64,000 nt of DNA from Phoronis australis (Eukaryota; Animalia; Phoronida). A model generated the notes under the pieces. It searched no databases and was not told where the DNA came from. It was given only the letters and a program-made list of their open reading frames with translations. A program made the position numbers and the translations under genes. The stretch is from positions 270,240-334,239 of the forward strand of contig NMRA01000343.1 in assembly GCA_002633005.1 (NCBI GenBank), given 5' to 3'. Positions 48,645-62,619 of the stretch are shown here, in pieces (position 1 is the stretch's first letter; every line of letters starts with the position of its first letter).

Positions 48645-51614
48645 AAAAGGTGAAGTTAGTAAGGGTTAGTACTGCTTTATGGTAAAAAATTCCAGTATTT
48701 AGTGGTATACGCTCCGCTATGGGCAGTGACAGGGATCAGCATTGGTTGCTCCGTACAGTGCATATGAGAGGAATTTTAACGTACTTGTTCACATCATTAG
48801 CCATGGGTTTCAGGAATAAGTTATAATACAAACGGCACTTTTGATTATGAGATGGTCAGCCAGCCACATTGAAATCGGCAACTTTAGATTGATGTCAAAG
48901 TCGTGTTAGAAGCAGGCAGCGCCATGTCCATAGCGACCCTCTCTTGAAAATTAAGGGATGCCAAGCTAAAATATGCACTGTTACCATGGTAACCAGGTTG
49001 TCATCCAAAATCATCAATTTTGGGGTTGAGGGAAAGGCCATGTTAAAAACAGACGAATATGAGCAGAGTACCTCGGGTTTACCATTTGCTGAAACGTCGG
49101 GGGTGTTGTTAAACTGAATTGGTCATCGATATCATTGTCACCAGGTATTTTGACTGTGGCAGTCGTGTTAGAAAAAGGCAACCATGCTCACAAGGTCTAT
49201 TGACACTATAAAAACTTGGGAGTTACTACAGAGCGCCAATCTTAAGTGTGGCTGCGCACGCCACCTACCGACGAAATTTTTATGAATTTTAACTGCCTGA
49301 AATATCCTTACCCTCTGTAGATCAATTTTGGTAATCTAAAAATGGTTGCCTGGACAAATCACGTTCATAAATACGGAAATCACCTTTTTAAGGGTGTTCG
49401 ACACAGTTCACCAAAAAGTCATAAAGCAGCCGTTTTACAGCACTGTCTAATTTATAAACCCCTTGAACATCGTTTTTAGTTCAAACAACAGCTCATTTAA
49501 TTTGAAAAATGTTGATTTTGTGTTCAGTTTCAGTTATGGCGCCAAATGAAAGCGGAGTGACGTCATATTAAGTAGTGGACGACCAAAAGTGTAGACCATT
49601 CAGCTCAACTTAATTGATTTCACAATACCAACAACATGCATGTAATCACATAGAATGAAACGTAACGGGGTAATCGTAATCATTGAAATTGGTGCACTTT
49701 TTAAAGGTCAAATTACTCATTCTGTGACGCTGTTTGAGCTAAAATAGCTCAAAAACTATGTCGGTGACGCCCAAACTATTTGCCTTATTTCGCAGTACAC
49801 ACGAGGAGCATAAAAAACATTAAAACAAAGATTAACCATATGACTTTTTCATTAAGTTTAAAATTTAAGGTAGTCGAAATCAAGAAAAATACTGCAACGT
49901 CATAAAACCGCTGAGTAAACCAGGAAATATAATTAAAGTCGTTGAAACATAAAACTGAGATAGTGGAACGAAATTAATCCGTTTTCTAAACATTTCAATC
50001 GTTAGTTTCATTAGAGGTGACATTTCAGTAACCCCCGTAAATTTCACATTATTTTTTGCCATGAGCGCCTCTGTCGGATTGCTCTTAGACTAACGGAAGA
50101 ACTTATTCGACGACTCCAACTTTGTTTTGCAGATTTGTTGTAGGCAAAGACCAAAATACAAAATATGAAAAATAAAAATAATAAAAAATCAATTACATTA
50201 AAACTGTGTCGAAATCCTGTAACAACATGAAACCTGCATACAGATAGTGTAACATAACTGCGTAAATCAATTATTAAAACCCAAGGGTGATTTGTAAAAA
50301 CCAGAGGCACAATTTTGAAAATCGAAAAATGATTTCCACGGCAATTAATGCAAATAAGCCGGTCAACTGCTTCGTTAAAACTGCATAAAACGCACACAAA
50401 AGAATGAAGTTAATAAAGCAAATACTTTATCAGTGATGTGCTGTAATTACCACCAATACCGGCAGCTTGATTAAAAGCTCAATAAAGTCGGTTGCTACGA
50501 TTGTGGTTATGTATAACCATGGCAAGGATTCAAAGCAAGATCGTTGACATTGCTAGAATGTTCAAAGTATTTCTGTGGACAGAACCAATGGTTCTTTCGA
50601 TTAGTTAACAAAGCTGCCATGCGTACCATGTTGTTTTTATTCTATTGTAAATAATTCATCATTTGTTTGGGCGTGTTACAAAAAGAAAAGACACCTCCTA
50701 CAAAATTGTTCCTAGCTTTGTTTTATTGCGTAACACTCGTTTAGCTAATAGCAATATCAGTCATTGTTCATATTTCTTTTAAAATAAGTAGAGATGGCTG
50801 GAAAAATTGTCAAATAAAGGTTTTCCAAAATATTCATTTTGCCTAGTGATATTTCCTAGGTCCACCGTCTTTCGTTGTTTTCAAACTTGTGTTATCAACA
50901 TTGTACTTTTTTAGTTAAAGAATTTGTAAATTATGAATTAATAGTAAGTGTAACGCACAATCTTTTATTTTTAGTAAGTTTTTCTCGCAATCGAGCCATT
51001 AGGCTGTGCGGGGACATACTTTCACGTTCATATAGAGCGATAGTTACACGCGCTTATAAACGGAAATAAAATCACTGGTTCACGAATTCCCAATGCACTG
51101 ATTGAAAACGAGTCCTTTTATTCAAAGCTGGAAAGAGAAAGCTATACAGAACACCAAATTTATCCGTCCAACCAGAAAGCAGATCGGAGGCTGATTTGCC
51201 TCGTGAACACTCGTAACACGTGTGGTCTTCCTTTTTGTCTTACGCTCCAACTCATTCGGTAGAACTGCCTTCTTGCCGTGAAAAGGCTACATTCCAGCAA
51301 TGACGTGATTGGTGGCTTTGCCCTCTGATCGGCCATGGTTATCACACGTGATTGGCCAGAATGTTAACATGTGCACACCAATAATTACGCGTCCACTGCA
51401 TTCTGATCAAATGTCGTGGCTTCCGTTTAATAATTCCACTGGGTGCATGTTTATTGAGCACTGTTATGATACTTGTGTGTAGTCACTGTCCGATGTAGAG
51501 AACTATGGTTGTGGAAAAAATCTGCACTCCCGATGGCTGTTTTAAAGGTTTCATCACGTCGAAATTGCTTGTTATCTTTAACACTGGCAGGTTTTAATGA
51601 TATGAAATTGTGCC

Positions 51615-54600
51615 CTACGTATAACTGTTGTCAGGAGTAACTGTTGTTGTCGTGTTGGTTGTGTGAATATGCGGCGCGAAATTCTTCGCAATAGCGTCGA
51701 TTGACAAATACGCTCCAACGCCACAGCCAACCAGTCCAAAAAGACATATAAATATGTCCTTAGCCACCAGGATTGCATAGCCTTTGGTTCTCTTCGGCCA
51801 AAAGGTTACGATTTCTAGTATAGGGGGCACCACTATAGATATGACTCCTGAGAGAGAGCCAACCAGCGATATGATGAGCTCCAGATAGGGAACGTAGGCA
51901 GCCAGAAAAACTAAAATTGAAAGAGTATTGTGTTGCAAACCTGTATGCATTATGGTTACACTAAAGCGTATCTAGGATTGTCTCCAGCAAGAATTACCGG
52001 TACTGGATTCACAAAAATGCGATGTTTTTAGAGAAAAAGAAGCACTTGACTACAATAGTCTGGGCAATGTTTTGGGGTATATAATACTTAAATAATCATG
52101 GATTTTAAAGATATATGGCAAATAGAATTGACAAGTAGTAAAAAGAAATTGGGTAAACTAGGCAGATACATTGGTTATCCAATGTCCCAAAGTCTTTCGA
52201 TTGTCGTTCACGATCTCCTATACCAATTGGACTCGAATGAAATAGTGGACCGACTGTCGCATACGATTTCTCCTCAGTGGAACTAAATCGGTGCCGATCT
52301 CAACCGACAAACCGTGCAAGGCTTGGAACCCGAAAATTCATATCGGAATACTAGTTGCCTACTCTCTTAATAGTCGCATACCATAGTCGTTTATGAAGTC
52401 ACAAACGATTAAGTCGGAGTATGCAGAAAGGGGCATACAGCTGACATTGATCTTGGTGGTCTGAGCCTAGTATTCAGGCTTAAGGTTATCTGGGGCCTTC
52501 ATAAAAGACCTCAACTCCAAGTCAAATATCGAAAAACTGTGCTCTGCCAACCATTAAAAGTACGTATTTTCTGAAAGGAGAAAGATCGAGGATTCTAAAA
52601 ATATGCTTCTTACTACTGTGTCTGTATGATTGTCACTTGACCACGCACATTTTTTAAGACAAATTTTCATTTACAAGAAAGGTCTATTCATGGCAGCCAA
52701 TTTCACTTAAACTTTTTTCTAATGAAAATTTGTGTTATTTCTCAAAGACGCTGTTAAGATTTTCCTTTAAAATTCCTAGTTATCGTGTACCGAGCGATAT
52801 ACATGTATTAATAAGACTGCTGTTTTTTACAAAAATGACTTGTGTTTTGCGAGTTAATTTGACATAAAACTCAAACTAGGTGAATAATCGAAAATTCCTA
52901 ACAGCATATTTGGGACATAAGTAAAGATTTCATTCAAAAGAAGTTTTAGTAAATTCGGTTGGAGGTTATTTTGGTATGAAATAAATGTACATTTCTTTGA
53001 CAAGACATGATCACGTGACAATAATTAAGACGCAGTAGTAAGAAGCATATTTTTAGAATCCTTGATAGTTCTCTTTTCAGAAATTATGTAGTTTTAACAG
53101 TTGACAAAGCATACTTTTTTCGATATTTGTCTCAGAGTTGAGGTCGTTTAAAAATAAAGGTACTTGATAGCCTTAAGAAGCAGATATAAACTCGTATACT
53201 ACAAGAAAACGCTATTATACTCACATGTAGTCAGAATGAATATCGTCCGAAAACAATATTCTAGTACTATTAGAAGTTTGTTTGACTTGATCATTTTCCG
53301 AAGGGGCTGGAAGGTGATTTCTACTGGCACGTAAAATTGGACCCCATAACTTACGATTATTCCCAGCGCGAACATTATCTTCACCGATACATAAAGCCTG
53401 GAAGCAAAGAGAACATTTTAAAAAACAAATAATGTATATGTTTTCATTGGTTAAGCAGTGCCAGTATATATGATTAGAAATTATCCTAACAGTGTAAATT
53501 ATTTTTTTGGTATAAGGGGAAGTTAATCTAATGAGCATGGGTAAAAAATTACATTGAACGCTGTTAGGAAAATATAACTGTTACCTTCAGACACAACGTT
53601 TCACACGAGTGTCAACATTTTGATTTAACTTTGCGACGGTCACGGTAATCGTGTCGTGAAATAAAGCAACTTAACACTTGTTTTCTATTTTTACCCTGTG
53701 AATAGAACTGAGTTTATTGGTAAATATTTTTTTCTAATAAACTGCTCCATTTTGATTTTATCTTATTTTGAACTTGACGTTTTTTTAACCGTCGATGCAG
53801 CTTTCAATATCCTAGTATTAGAGTACTATCTTTTAGGCTCAGTGGTTTGTGCCGTAGCGATGAATTATGTGGAAACGATGTTTAGAAGTCTAATCATTCA
53901 TTCTTTTAGGATGATGCTCTTATATATGAACGGTAAATTGTATGTTTTTTTTTTAATCTGAATGAAATATGTATCCCTCTGTTACAATAAACCTGTCTAA
54001 TGAGTATTCTGTTCTAACAACCGGCGGAAGTAAACCGGGCATGAAGTGATAAAATCAAACTCTTTTAAGAGTTCTTAAAAGAACTTGTTACGCGATCAAG
54101 CATGGATTTAACATTGCTGACTTGATAACAAAAGTCAAGTTTTATTTCACAAGTAAGCCTAATTTACATTGCAGGTCACTCTTGTTGTGCTTACGGTTCA
54201 GATGGGAGGTTGAGCGTAATGCTGCCACGGACGTCATCACCAAATCTAAGGTAACCGTAGAAACCCACAGCGGTGTAGAGGCACGTGACAATGGTCATTC
54301 CGGTTACTAGGACTCCGTTCAGACCAACGAAGTCCTTGGGATATTTCATTTGGTTTTCAATCGGCAACACCTAGCGGGAAAATTACAAAAGGTTTCGCTC
54401 GACTTTGTGCAGATGAGACTTACTACATAGATATATGCTATAAATGTCGCAATATAGATTCCACCTCTCTTAAAATTTAAGGTAAACAGTCCTAAGGTTC
54501 GAAAAATGATTCCGTATCTATCCATTACAAAAGGTTTCGCTCGACTTTGTGTAGATGAGACTTACTACGTAGATACATGCTATAAATGTCGCAATATAGA

Positions 54601-57600
54601 TTCGACCTCTCTTAAAATTTAAGGTAAACAGTCCTAAGGTTCGAAAAATGATTCCGTATCTATCCATTTGTTCACCAGATATTCAAACCTGGTTTTTATA
54701 GATAAATAGACTGATTCCGTTGAATCATGGGAAAACAAATTTAAATTTCACGCAAATTGTATAAACCCGGTATGTGTCTCGACTGAACACGATTGCGCAA
54801 CCCCACAAATCATTACAAGCTATAATATTACAACTCAAAACGTTTGCATCCACCCAAGTCATCTAAGATGCATTGGAAAATTGGATGTCAACAGTTGTTA
54901 TAAGCGGTTTTGATTGTTTTTATGTGAATTTTACCCTTGAAACAGTTTTAATGTTCTCTAAACTGCAAAAAATAATAAAATTACCAAATTTATTCCTTCG
55001 AATGCAAATATGGCTGTGCCGAAGAACAGCGGAAGCTTGCTCCACGAGTTGAATGCTGGGAAAGAGGAAACATCTTGCAGATCTCTGACGGTGTACTGGA
55101 AGGTGAGAGCTAGCCCGACGATAGTTAGCACGTTAGCTATGGCTGCAAAAATGGCGAGATGCTTTAACTTCCGGACTAGCATGAAGAGCAAGAGAACGCC
55201 TAACACCATGGCCATGTACTGGCGCAGAGTAATGTCAGCGCCCGAGGTAGAGCCGTTCAGTTTGACGAAGAAGTCAACTGCCTGAGAAAGTAAAATTGTA
55301 TGTTAAAAAATGATTGCTGGCGGTCAGGTACACTTTGTACAAGACGTGCCCATTGCACTAATCACCTGACCTAAGCGTCTAGTAGTGGGCCCCTCTGCTG
55401 CGGGCATTAATGACAGCAGGCACTCTGTCTCCTCTATAACTGTATATTGTACATGATAAAGAGGCATGAACGAGAAATTCGCAAAAAATACACGTTAAAT
55501 AGACCGTGTAGAATCTACTTCTTTGGGATGTTAATGTGGGAATAATTCGTTTTGAATTTTGCAACAATTTCTAGAAAAGTCGTCAGATTCACTATTTTTG
55601 AAACACAGACGAAATAAAATCTCTTTCATCCCAATACAGTTTTCAAATTCTCCGCCCCAAATAATATATATGCCCACATACGCTCAAAGAAGTACGACTG
55701 ACTGCAGCTTGAAATTGCCATTGTTTACATCAAAGGTCAAAAGTCACATTTTCGATATAAGGGAAATGTGCTACGTCTACGTTTTGCCATGACATTCTAA
55801 ATACGGATCGAGGCATGCTTTGCCATGTGGAAAAAATCTACGAATTGACGAACAGCTGACGGATCGCTTGTTTTGAAATTTGAAACTGAAGGAAAAATGC
55901 TTTGGCATCAACAGAAATTGAAAATCTTTACGAACAAACCGAAAAATACGTGGTGAACAGTTTGACCTCTGTTGCTGATACAAAAAACCACGTTGAATAA
56001 TGCAACTTATTCTGATTTTCACGTTCTGTGCCACTTTAAAAGAATAAGAAATGCAACCATGACAAGCAATACTAGATGCTTGGCATTACTTATAATCAAT
56101 CTGATATAATAGCAATGATAGTAACAACAAGAACGTCAATACCAACATAATGATGATTATAATAATCAATATATTATTAATAATGATGATAATGATGATT
56201 ATGATGATAATGATGATGACGGTAGTGGTTGTAAAAATGGTGATGTTTGTGATATTATGATAATAATATCGTGTGTGTGAATGATAATATTATTATAGTA
56301 ATGATAATGAAAAGTTAACGATAAAGATAATGAAAATATTACAAGAATTACAATATAACAATAATAATGCAAAGTATCTGATATATAGAATATCGAAACA
56401 CGCATGATATTCTATTCAACTTAATGGCTGAATTTAACTTTATTTTTTTAGCTTCCACCAGTCTAGGACATTCAATGTCTCATGATCAATCGACTAATAT
56501 CATTGGAACTGAACATGTAGTTGCGTTTTTCATGTTCAATTCGTGTAAAGGCATGATATCGCTCATTTGTGGCAACCACGACAAATTCAGAAATTAAACT
56601 CTAAAATCTGAATCTTCTACCATTCACTAGTTAAAGTTCAAGAAGGAAACAGAAAAATACAATCATAGGTAACATTTCTCACCTGTTTCATATTTTCCGC
56701 TATGAAAAGTACGTAAACACAGAGGCCTCCAACTGCTGATGCAACGATGCAAGTGTTCATAGTAATTTGCGCGCATTTGGAAAATCTCCTAAGCATTTGC
56801 GGCCCCTGTGCAAAAGCAGCTTTTGCTACTTGTCCATAGTCCAAAGCAGTTTCGCCTGTCCTGGAACCCCGAAAAGATAAACATTATTGTTAACTGAGCT
56901 GATGAAATATTCATGTTGAACCGTCTTCTATCACAAAGCAACTTTTGATTTGGACCACTTACCGCTCTGGAACTGGTCTCAAATGGTTTCTTAGACGTGG
57001 AACTGGAGATGAATCCAGAGCTTGTTAACAACTGACAGATCGTGAATTCTTCACACCAAGCTCATAATTTTCATGTCACACGTGACCTGAAAATTAGTGA
57101 GCTTGGTCTAAACAAATAGCACAATCTCAATTCCATGCAAGCTTAGAAATCTCTTCTTAATATGAGATAGGAATAAGTTGACACCAATAGGTTTTAGACG
57201 ATTCACGGGTTTGTAATCGCCTCATTCCAAGCGAAATTAATTATGTCGTTTGATTTCGTTAATTGGTAGGTTAATTCTTTGAGAAATAAGTTCACATTAC
57301 GCAATGAAACCTTTTTCTCGAAAAAACATCTTTCGTGAAAATGAGTGAAACACTCATTCCTTCATGTGTCACAAAAGCGCCTCCTGTGGTTCGCAAGGAG
57401 AGGTCTTCCCACAGTTGTCCATTAACCGTCACCCCAAACATTTGTCGATTTATCAGAAATTACAAGTTTTCAAGCTAAGTACAATCATTTGAAGGCTTAG
57501 GAGGTTGCAAAACATGATTTTGTTTCGTAATCAATATCTGTTGATAGGTTAAAACTGAATTTAGTACCCATTTGCCCTTTGATATGGCACAATTCCAAAA

Positions 57601-60600
57601 CGGTGGAAATGTGGAATTTTATTTTCATTCTCAACGAAAATGAACGTTGAGAAAAACTTGGTGAACAGCTATTATTAAAAATGTATTTAATAAACACAGA
57701 AAAATCAGGAAATCCAACTGAGAATGGAACCACAGGTCTTCAGATTGCCGGTCTAGTGCTCTTACCGGTCACTGAGGACGTCGCTCATGGATGTGCATGT
57801 ATGACATAACAGTAGCTAGCTCAGTGGTAAGAACACCAGACCAGCAATTTAGAGACCTGTGGTTCCATTCCCAGTTTTGGTTCCAGATTTTTCTGTGCTT
57901 ATTAGATATATATCACTATTGGCCAACATCAGCGTTATTTAAAAATGTGAGTATTTAACAAAGTGACCAGCCTTTGAAAAGTGAAAAATTGCTACCCAGG
58001 TATAATTCTTGAGAGAATAGCGTGAAATTAAGAAAGCTGATTAAGAAAAGAATGAAGAATGACTACGTCACCAACTAAGAACGTTTATACCAATACGAGG
58101 CTGTGTCGAACACTTCAGACAACAGAGACATACCTTTCACACAAGCTTTGACTGCAAATAACCAGGACGTACATGCAATGTGTAGCTAGAAACCCCATAG
58201 CGGCTATACCAATGGGACCAACCTGTGCAGGTAAAAAGGATCTCAATGTTTTGTTGAACCTAGAAAATGATCGCATTCAAATGAAACTTTCCAATAGCAT
58301 GATTTATGTGTCGTTCTTCAAGAGCCTTGCAGGAACTGTTTTTAAACTGACCCTCTTTCACAAGAGTGGATATCAAAAATTAGATTTTCATGAGAAAAAT
58401 AATGAATTACATCAAGCAAAAACGAATGATAATTTAGAAAATAGTTACAGCGCTTTTAAAATTTAATCTTAAACATTCAAAATCAAAGGTAATTAGGTCA
58501 TGTTATATTGACGCCGTTGTTTTGCTACGTTTGTACCTTTTTGCTACATTTTACTAAAAAGACATGGTCAACGGTGTAACAATATAAAGTCAAAAATCAT
58601 ATTCTACAGGGCTTCTCTCAGAAAATATATTCTTTCAATGAGTCAATTTCATCTGTTTTGTAGAAATTTGTCTGCATGCTTTCATGCACTTGTCGATAAG
58701 GTTTCACGTCATCTTAATCTTAAATATAAGGTACGAGGTATGAACGGCAATGACTCTCTAGATGCAAAATATTGTCGTCGATCCGGGTTTTAATCTTTAC
58801 ACTCGAGACTCGACTCGATAATTGGCCAAAACACTGTATGTTTGGAATAAACTTGCATTTTGTTTACTCATACATGTATCACATGACATGACTTAAGTTT
58901 CGTATCTGAGTCTGAGTTCAAAGATTAGACCTTGAGTATTGATTATTTGCCAAAAAGTCAAGATAAAATGTTCGTAGTCCATATTGGCTATCATTTGTAT
59001 GCAGGTATTTCACAATTCTGCTCTGAATGAAGGGAGGGTGGGGGTCACACTCAGTTACGCACGCAATCACCCGAAAGATTCGTCCTTCTGATGGCCAGAG
59101 AGATAAAAACCGTAGTCAAGAGTGAGCAAGTTTTCAAGCATCTTCCTAATACACTCCCAAAACACTAAGCTATAGCTACGGAAACCAACCGAGCCAAGAA
59201 CTTGATTTCAATGCTATTAAGCATTAATGAAATGTCAGATCGTCTAAAGCCCAAAAATGCTTTTCAAAACTCCGAGCAAGGAGCTTGCTGAGGTCAAATT
59301 TATTGCGCTAACTAGTCTAATTTATAAGTAGGTGATTTTGGCTGCGAAATTCTTACCACAATTCCTGCGTTTTGGATAGCAACCGGCATGGCCAGAATCC
59401 CAGTGCCTAAGTTCCCTTTCAGGATATTCATCAGGGCATTCGTGGAACTGCAATAGTTTCAAAGAGAAAAACGTATTTATGATTGACATATGTCCCGAAT
59501 GATATACACTAGTTCGTGAGTCACAAGCTTGTTAAAAATATAGCTGCACAGAATTTGAAGACGTTCATCTCTTTTCTTTTGCAATTTTTTCATTTACAGG
59601 GTTCATTTTGATGAAGTTTCATTTCAAAATAGATGAACGAGCATTGCCGAGAGTTCCCGAAGAGCCCTCATAGGGGCATTATGTCGGTGGGGGCTCTTTC
59701 GAAAACAAGTACAGAAAAGTCCCCTATAGGGACCCTTTCGGGACAGTTTTGCATTTCTGACGAGGGATGAGGTATGAAACATGTCACGGCTTTTCAATGT
59801 TGGTTCCTAAAACTGTGACTATTGAAATAGTCCGAAATTTTGTCACCGGAAGCATTAAGTAAGTCCTGATTAGAATTTCAAGTCAGTCAAAAGTTAAAGT
59901 CAGTCTCAAGTGCTGTCATTTACTCCTTCTTACAGCTCACTGCTCAATGTTGATCCCCTGAGGCTTTTTGAGGAGACAGAATAACTTCATGAACATGGGT
60001 GTTTCCGAAAAAGACCTCAAGAAACTGTTTCGGAAATCCGTGGTGCTTTTTTGTTTGTGCCTTGCTTTTCAAGTTTTCCTCAACCTTCCAGTCCCAGCGA
60101 AGTTTTATTGCTGTGCTGTGGGCTACAAGTCCGACTTGAGAAGTATCCATGGGTGCCGTATTTTCCTAGAATCAGCCCCACATTAAAAAACAAGGCCAAT
60201 GTAAAACGCATTTTCCTACTTCTACTCGGACAAAGGGTATTTTTATCCTGAACCGTCCTAATAGAACGAGTTCGCTCAAATGTCAAATAAGAAAATACCT
60301 TAGAAATTTTTTTAAGTCTATCATCGTGAAATACGTTTCTTTTTAACGAATCCTTAGGCCATTCGAGTTTGACATTGCACTGATACACTTCCGACAATGA
60401 GGCTAGTTTTTCATGTTGAACATTACAAAAAGTGTGAGCGCGTAGGAATTGTCTAAGTTGTAAAAGATGTAAAAAGTCATTCAAGATGGAGTAAAGTGAC
60501 ACAGAATTTCAAAACAATTTCAAAATTCCAGACTATATACAGGTAAGAGGTGGGACCTGTATCTCAATAAATTTAATACCCATCACTTGATAGTTTGTGT

Positions 60601-62532
60601 ATTTGTTTTGGATTTAGTCTGCTCTCGAGCAGGCTACGAATTTCTGTTTTTTGGCTTCGAGTTGTACGTGTTTTAGTTACGTGCTTAGTGTTCACATTGT
60701 CAGAATCTATGTAATAATATCCTAGCGTTGTTCATCGCTCTCAGAGATTTTGATCCATAGACTTCAATAACTGTGGCTTCTAAATCATACGGAGGCTGTA
60801 TTTGTCTTGGAACCAGTTTCCAGTTGAGTTGTCACATTTGAACAATGTATACACTACTTACAGCCTCCACATGCCGTCCGATCATAATCAGGGGCGGATC
60901 CAAGATTTTTTAAAAGGGGGAGGGAGGTCGGATCAAGGATTTTTAAAAAGGGGGTCAAGTCAACAGTTTGAAAATTCTTGATTTGATACCACTAAAATCA
61001 ACGGAAGAAAGGAGTGTCCGGTCGCCCTTGATCCCCCTGGATCCGCCAATGATAAGGTAGATCGTATGTTAAGGCTCGTAAGACGTCTTATCTCTCCTCG
61101 ACTCTTATCATTTACATCCCAAATCACTGGTACGGCTGTTCTACATTCTTACTCTGAGAAGCTAAGCTATCCGTTCCAATGTCCTATTTTATGGCAAGGC
61201 TGAATGCACTCATGGTGATATTGTAGGATTAGCAAAAAATTGTCATCATTCTGAGTGACGACAAATGGGACGCCTTTGTGAGCGCGTGTAGAGGCTGACT
61301 TACCTCATGGAAGCAAACACGTACAAAACTATAGGGCGGGAGGGAACTGAGGCGGAGTGAAATGAGTGGCGCCCTGGGACTTTTTGCAAGGAACAGGGGC
61401 ATGTCCCTTTGTGTCCCCCGTTACTACGCAAGCGCGGTCGTAGTCGTGGATAAGACACCAGGAAATATGACGTGCTGTTCCGAAATATGAAAAACTGTAT
61501 GACATTGACTTGCTTCCGCTGACAGGATTGTGTGTGAATATCTAAGCATTATTGGTTTTGGTTTACGTTCTCAAGACCTAAGAACGCTATTCGAACTCAC
61601 TGTAAGGTATACGAGACCATTTCATGTCAGTTCGATTCTGCAAAACACCAAAACAGTTTCATAATCTACTTACTGCGACGAACTATACCTTAACACGACT
61701 GATGCCCTGGAGGCAATTCATTGTTTGCGTTAGAATATTGTGAATAAGAAATGGAGTTAATTCGTTTCAAAGTTCTTACAGAAAAGACAATTAAAACGCT
61801 GTACACTCAATCCCGCATATATGTACATCTCTATCTACATTTCACCTGTGACAATCGATAGGCACATGTTGATTTATCATATGCTGATTAAGCCATGACT
61901 GATATTTTTAATTCACTGTTTCAGTAATTAAGCTCAATGAATTTTCTCCTGGTACGCTAAACGCCCCCCGCACCAACCTGATTTTCTAATATATGTAGAT
62001 GAATTTTTGTTCACGTGGCTCACAGGTGATTTAGAAGAAATAAAAACATATTGTTATATCTTTTATCTTAAACTCGCCCTTTGTTATCTGAGTTTTGAAA
62101 TGATAGTAAACATCGGGTGATGGTTTTGTTGCAGTGCATATGTTTTATGGCATCGACAAACAAAAAACAACAGGAAAACAATGAAAAAACAACCACTAAT
62201 TATCGTTTATGACAAAACTGCACATTCACACATTACCATTAACAGATAATTCATGTTACAGGGTCTGTGTATTAGCGGCATTTCCTCCTTGACTTTCAAA
62301 TACCAACAACTAGTTTCCCAAATGTTTACTAGGGCGGAGAAAGCTAAAATTAAAGCTTGTAAATATTACCTATTCTCGCTTATCAACAATTGACTGACCT
62401 CGTAGTGTGAGACGTTGTAGCCCTGATATGTCTCTCGGTGGGTGAAACTTGTTCATCGCCCCCATTCTGCATTTCTGTGCTGTTAACATGAATTGAGGGG
62501 AACTCGGGGTCCTTTTCCAACATGGTTATCAT
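51615..62532 (-). CDS. Proton-coupled amino acid transporter family (SLC36/PAT-like, Aa_trans), 477 aa
   Basis: Minus-strand exons: 62532-62399, 59447-59357, 58222-58134, 56860-56683, 55281-54985, 54370-54195, 53397-53225, 51910-51615; 1434 nt, in frame, GT-AG. Motifs: [81 protein letters not shown]. No paralog-level symbol can be assigned. An alternative in-frame ATG lies at 62523. Confidence 0.95.
52484..53172. mobile_element. Non-autonomous DNA transposon with TTAA target-site duplication (Kolobok-like MITE)
   Basis: TTAA at 52480-83 and 53173-76; GG...CC termini; ~170-bp imperfect inverted repeats (for example GGATTCTAAAAATATGCTTCTTACTACTG at ~52590 vs its reverse complement at ~53033-53061). 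Confidence 0.75.
54382..54668. repeat. Tandem duplication, 2 x 142 bp, next to an SLC36 splice acceptor
   Basis: ATTACAAAAGGTTTCGCTCGACTTTGTG starts at both 54382 and 54524. Confidence 0.9.
56100..56370. repeat. Degenerate (AAT/GAT)n microsatellite / low-complexity tract
   Basis: Runs of ATAATGATGATAATGATG. Confidence 0.8.
57686..57908. mobile_element. Inverted (head-to-head) pair of tRNA-derived SINE-like sequences
   Basis: The plus arm 57817-57908 has A-box TAGCTCAGTGGTA, B-box-like GGTTCCATTCC and a TTTTT run. The minus arm 57776-57686 is a close reverse-complement copy. The spacer is ~40 nt. Confidence 0.65.
60889..61051. mobile_element. hAT-like MITE
   Basis: Termini CAGGGGCGGATCCA ... 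TGGATCCGCCAATG. No clean TSD. Confidence 0.55.
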
Positions 62533-62619
62533 GCCGTGAATATAGCTACACTAAGCTACAAGACTCGTGCAGTGATGCACATTTTGTCTCGGATTTCGGG
62601 TGCCGGAGGATATCATAAG

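Noticed and set aside
57817-57890. Functional tRNA gene
   Set aside because: The B-box is degenerate (GGTTCCATTCC), and the acceptor and anticodon stems do not pair cleanly. Treated as a tRNA-derived repeat.
59944-60502. Overlapping ORFs in the first SLC36 intron, including a 140-aa one
   Set aside because: No recognisable domain, low-complexity composition, and they are not needed for the in-frame transporter model.
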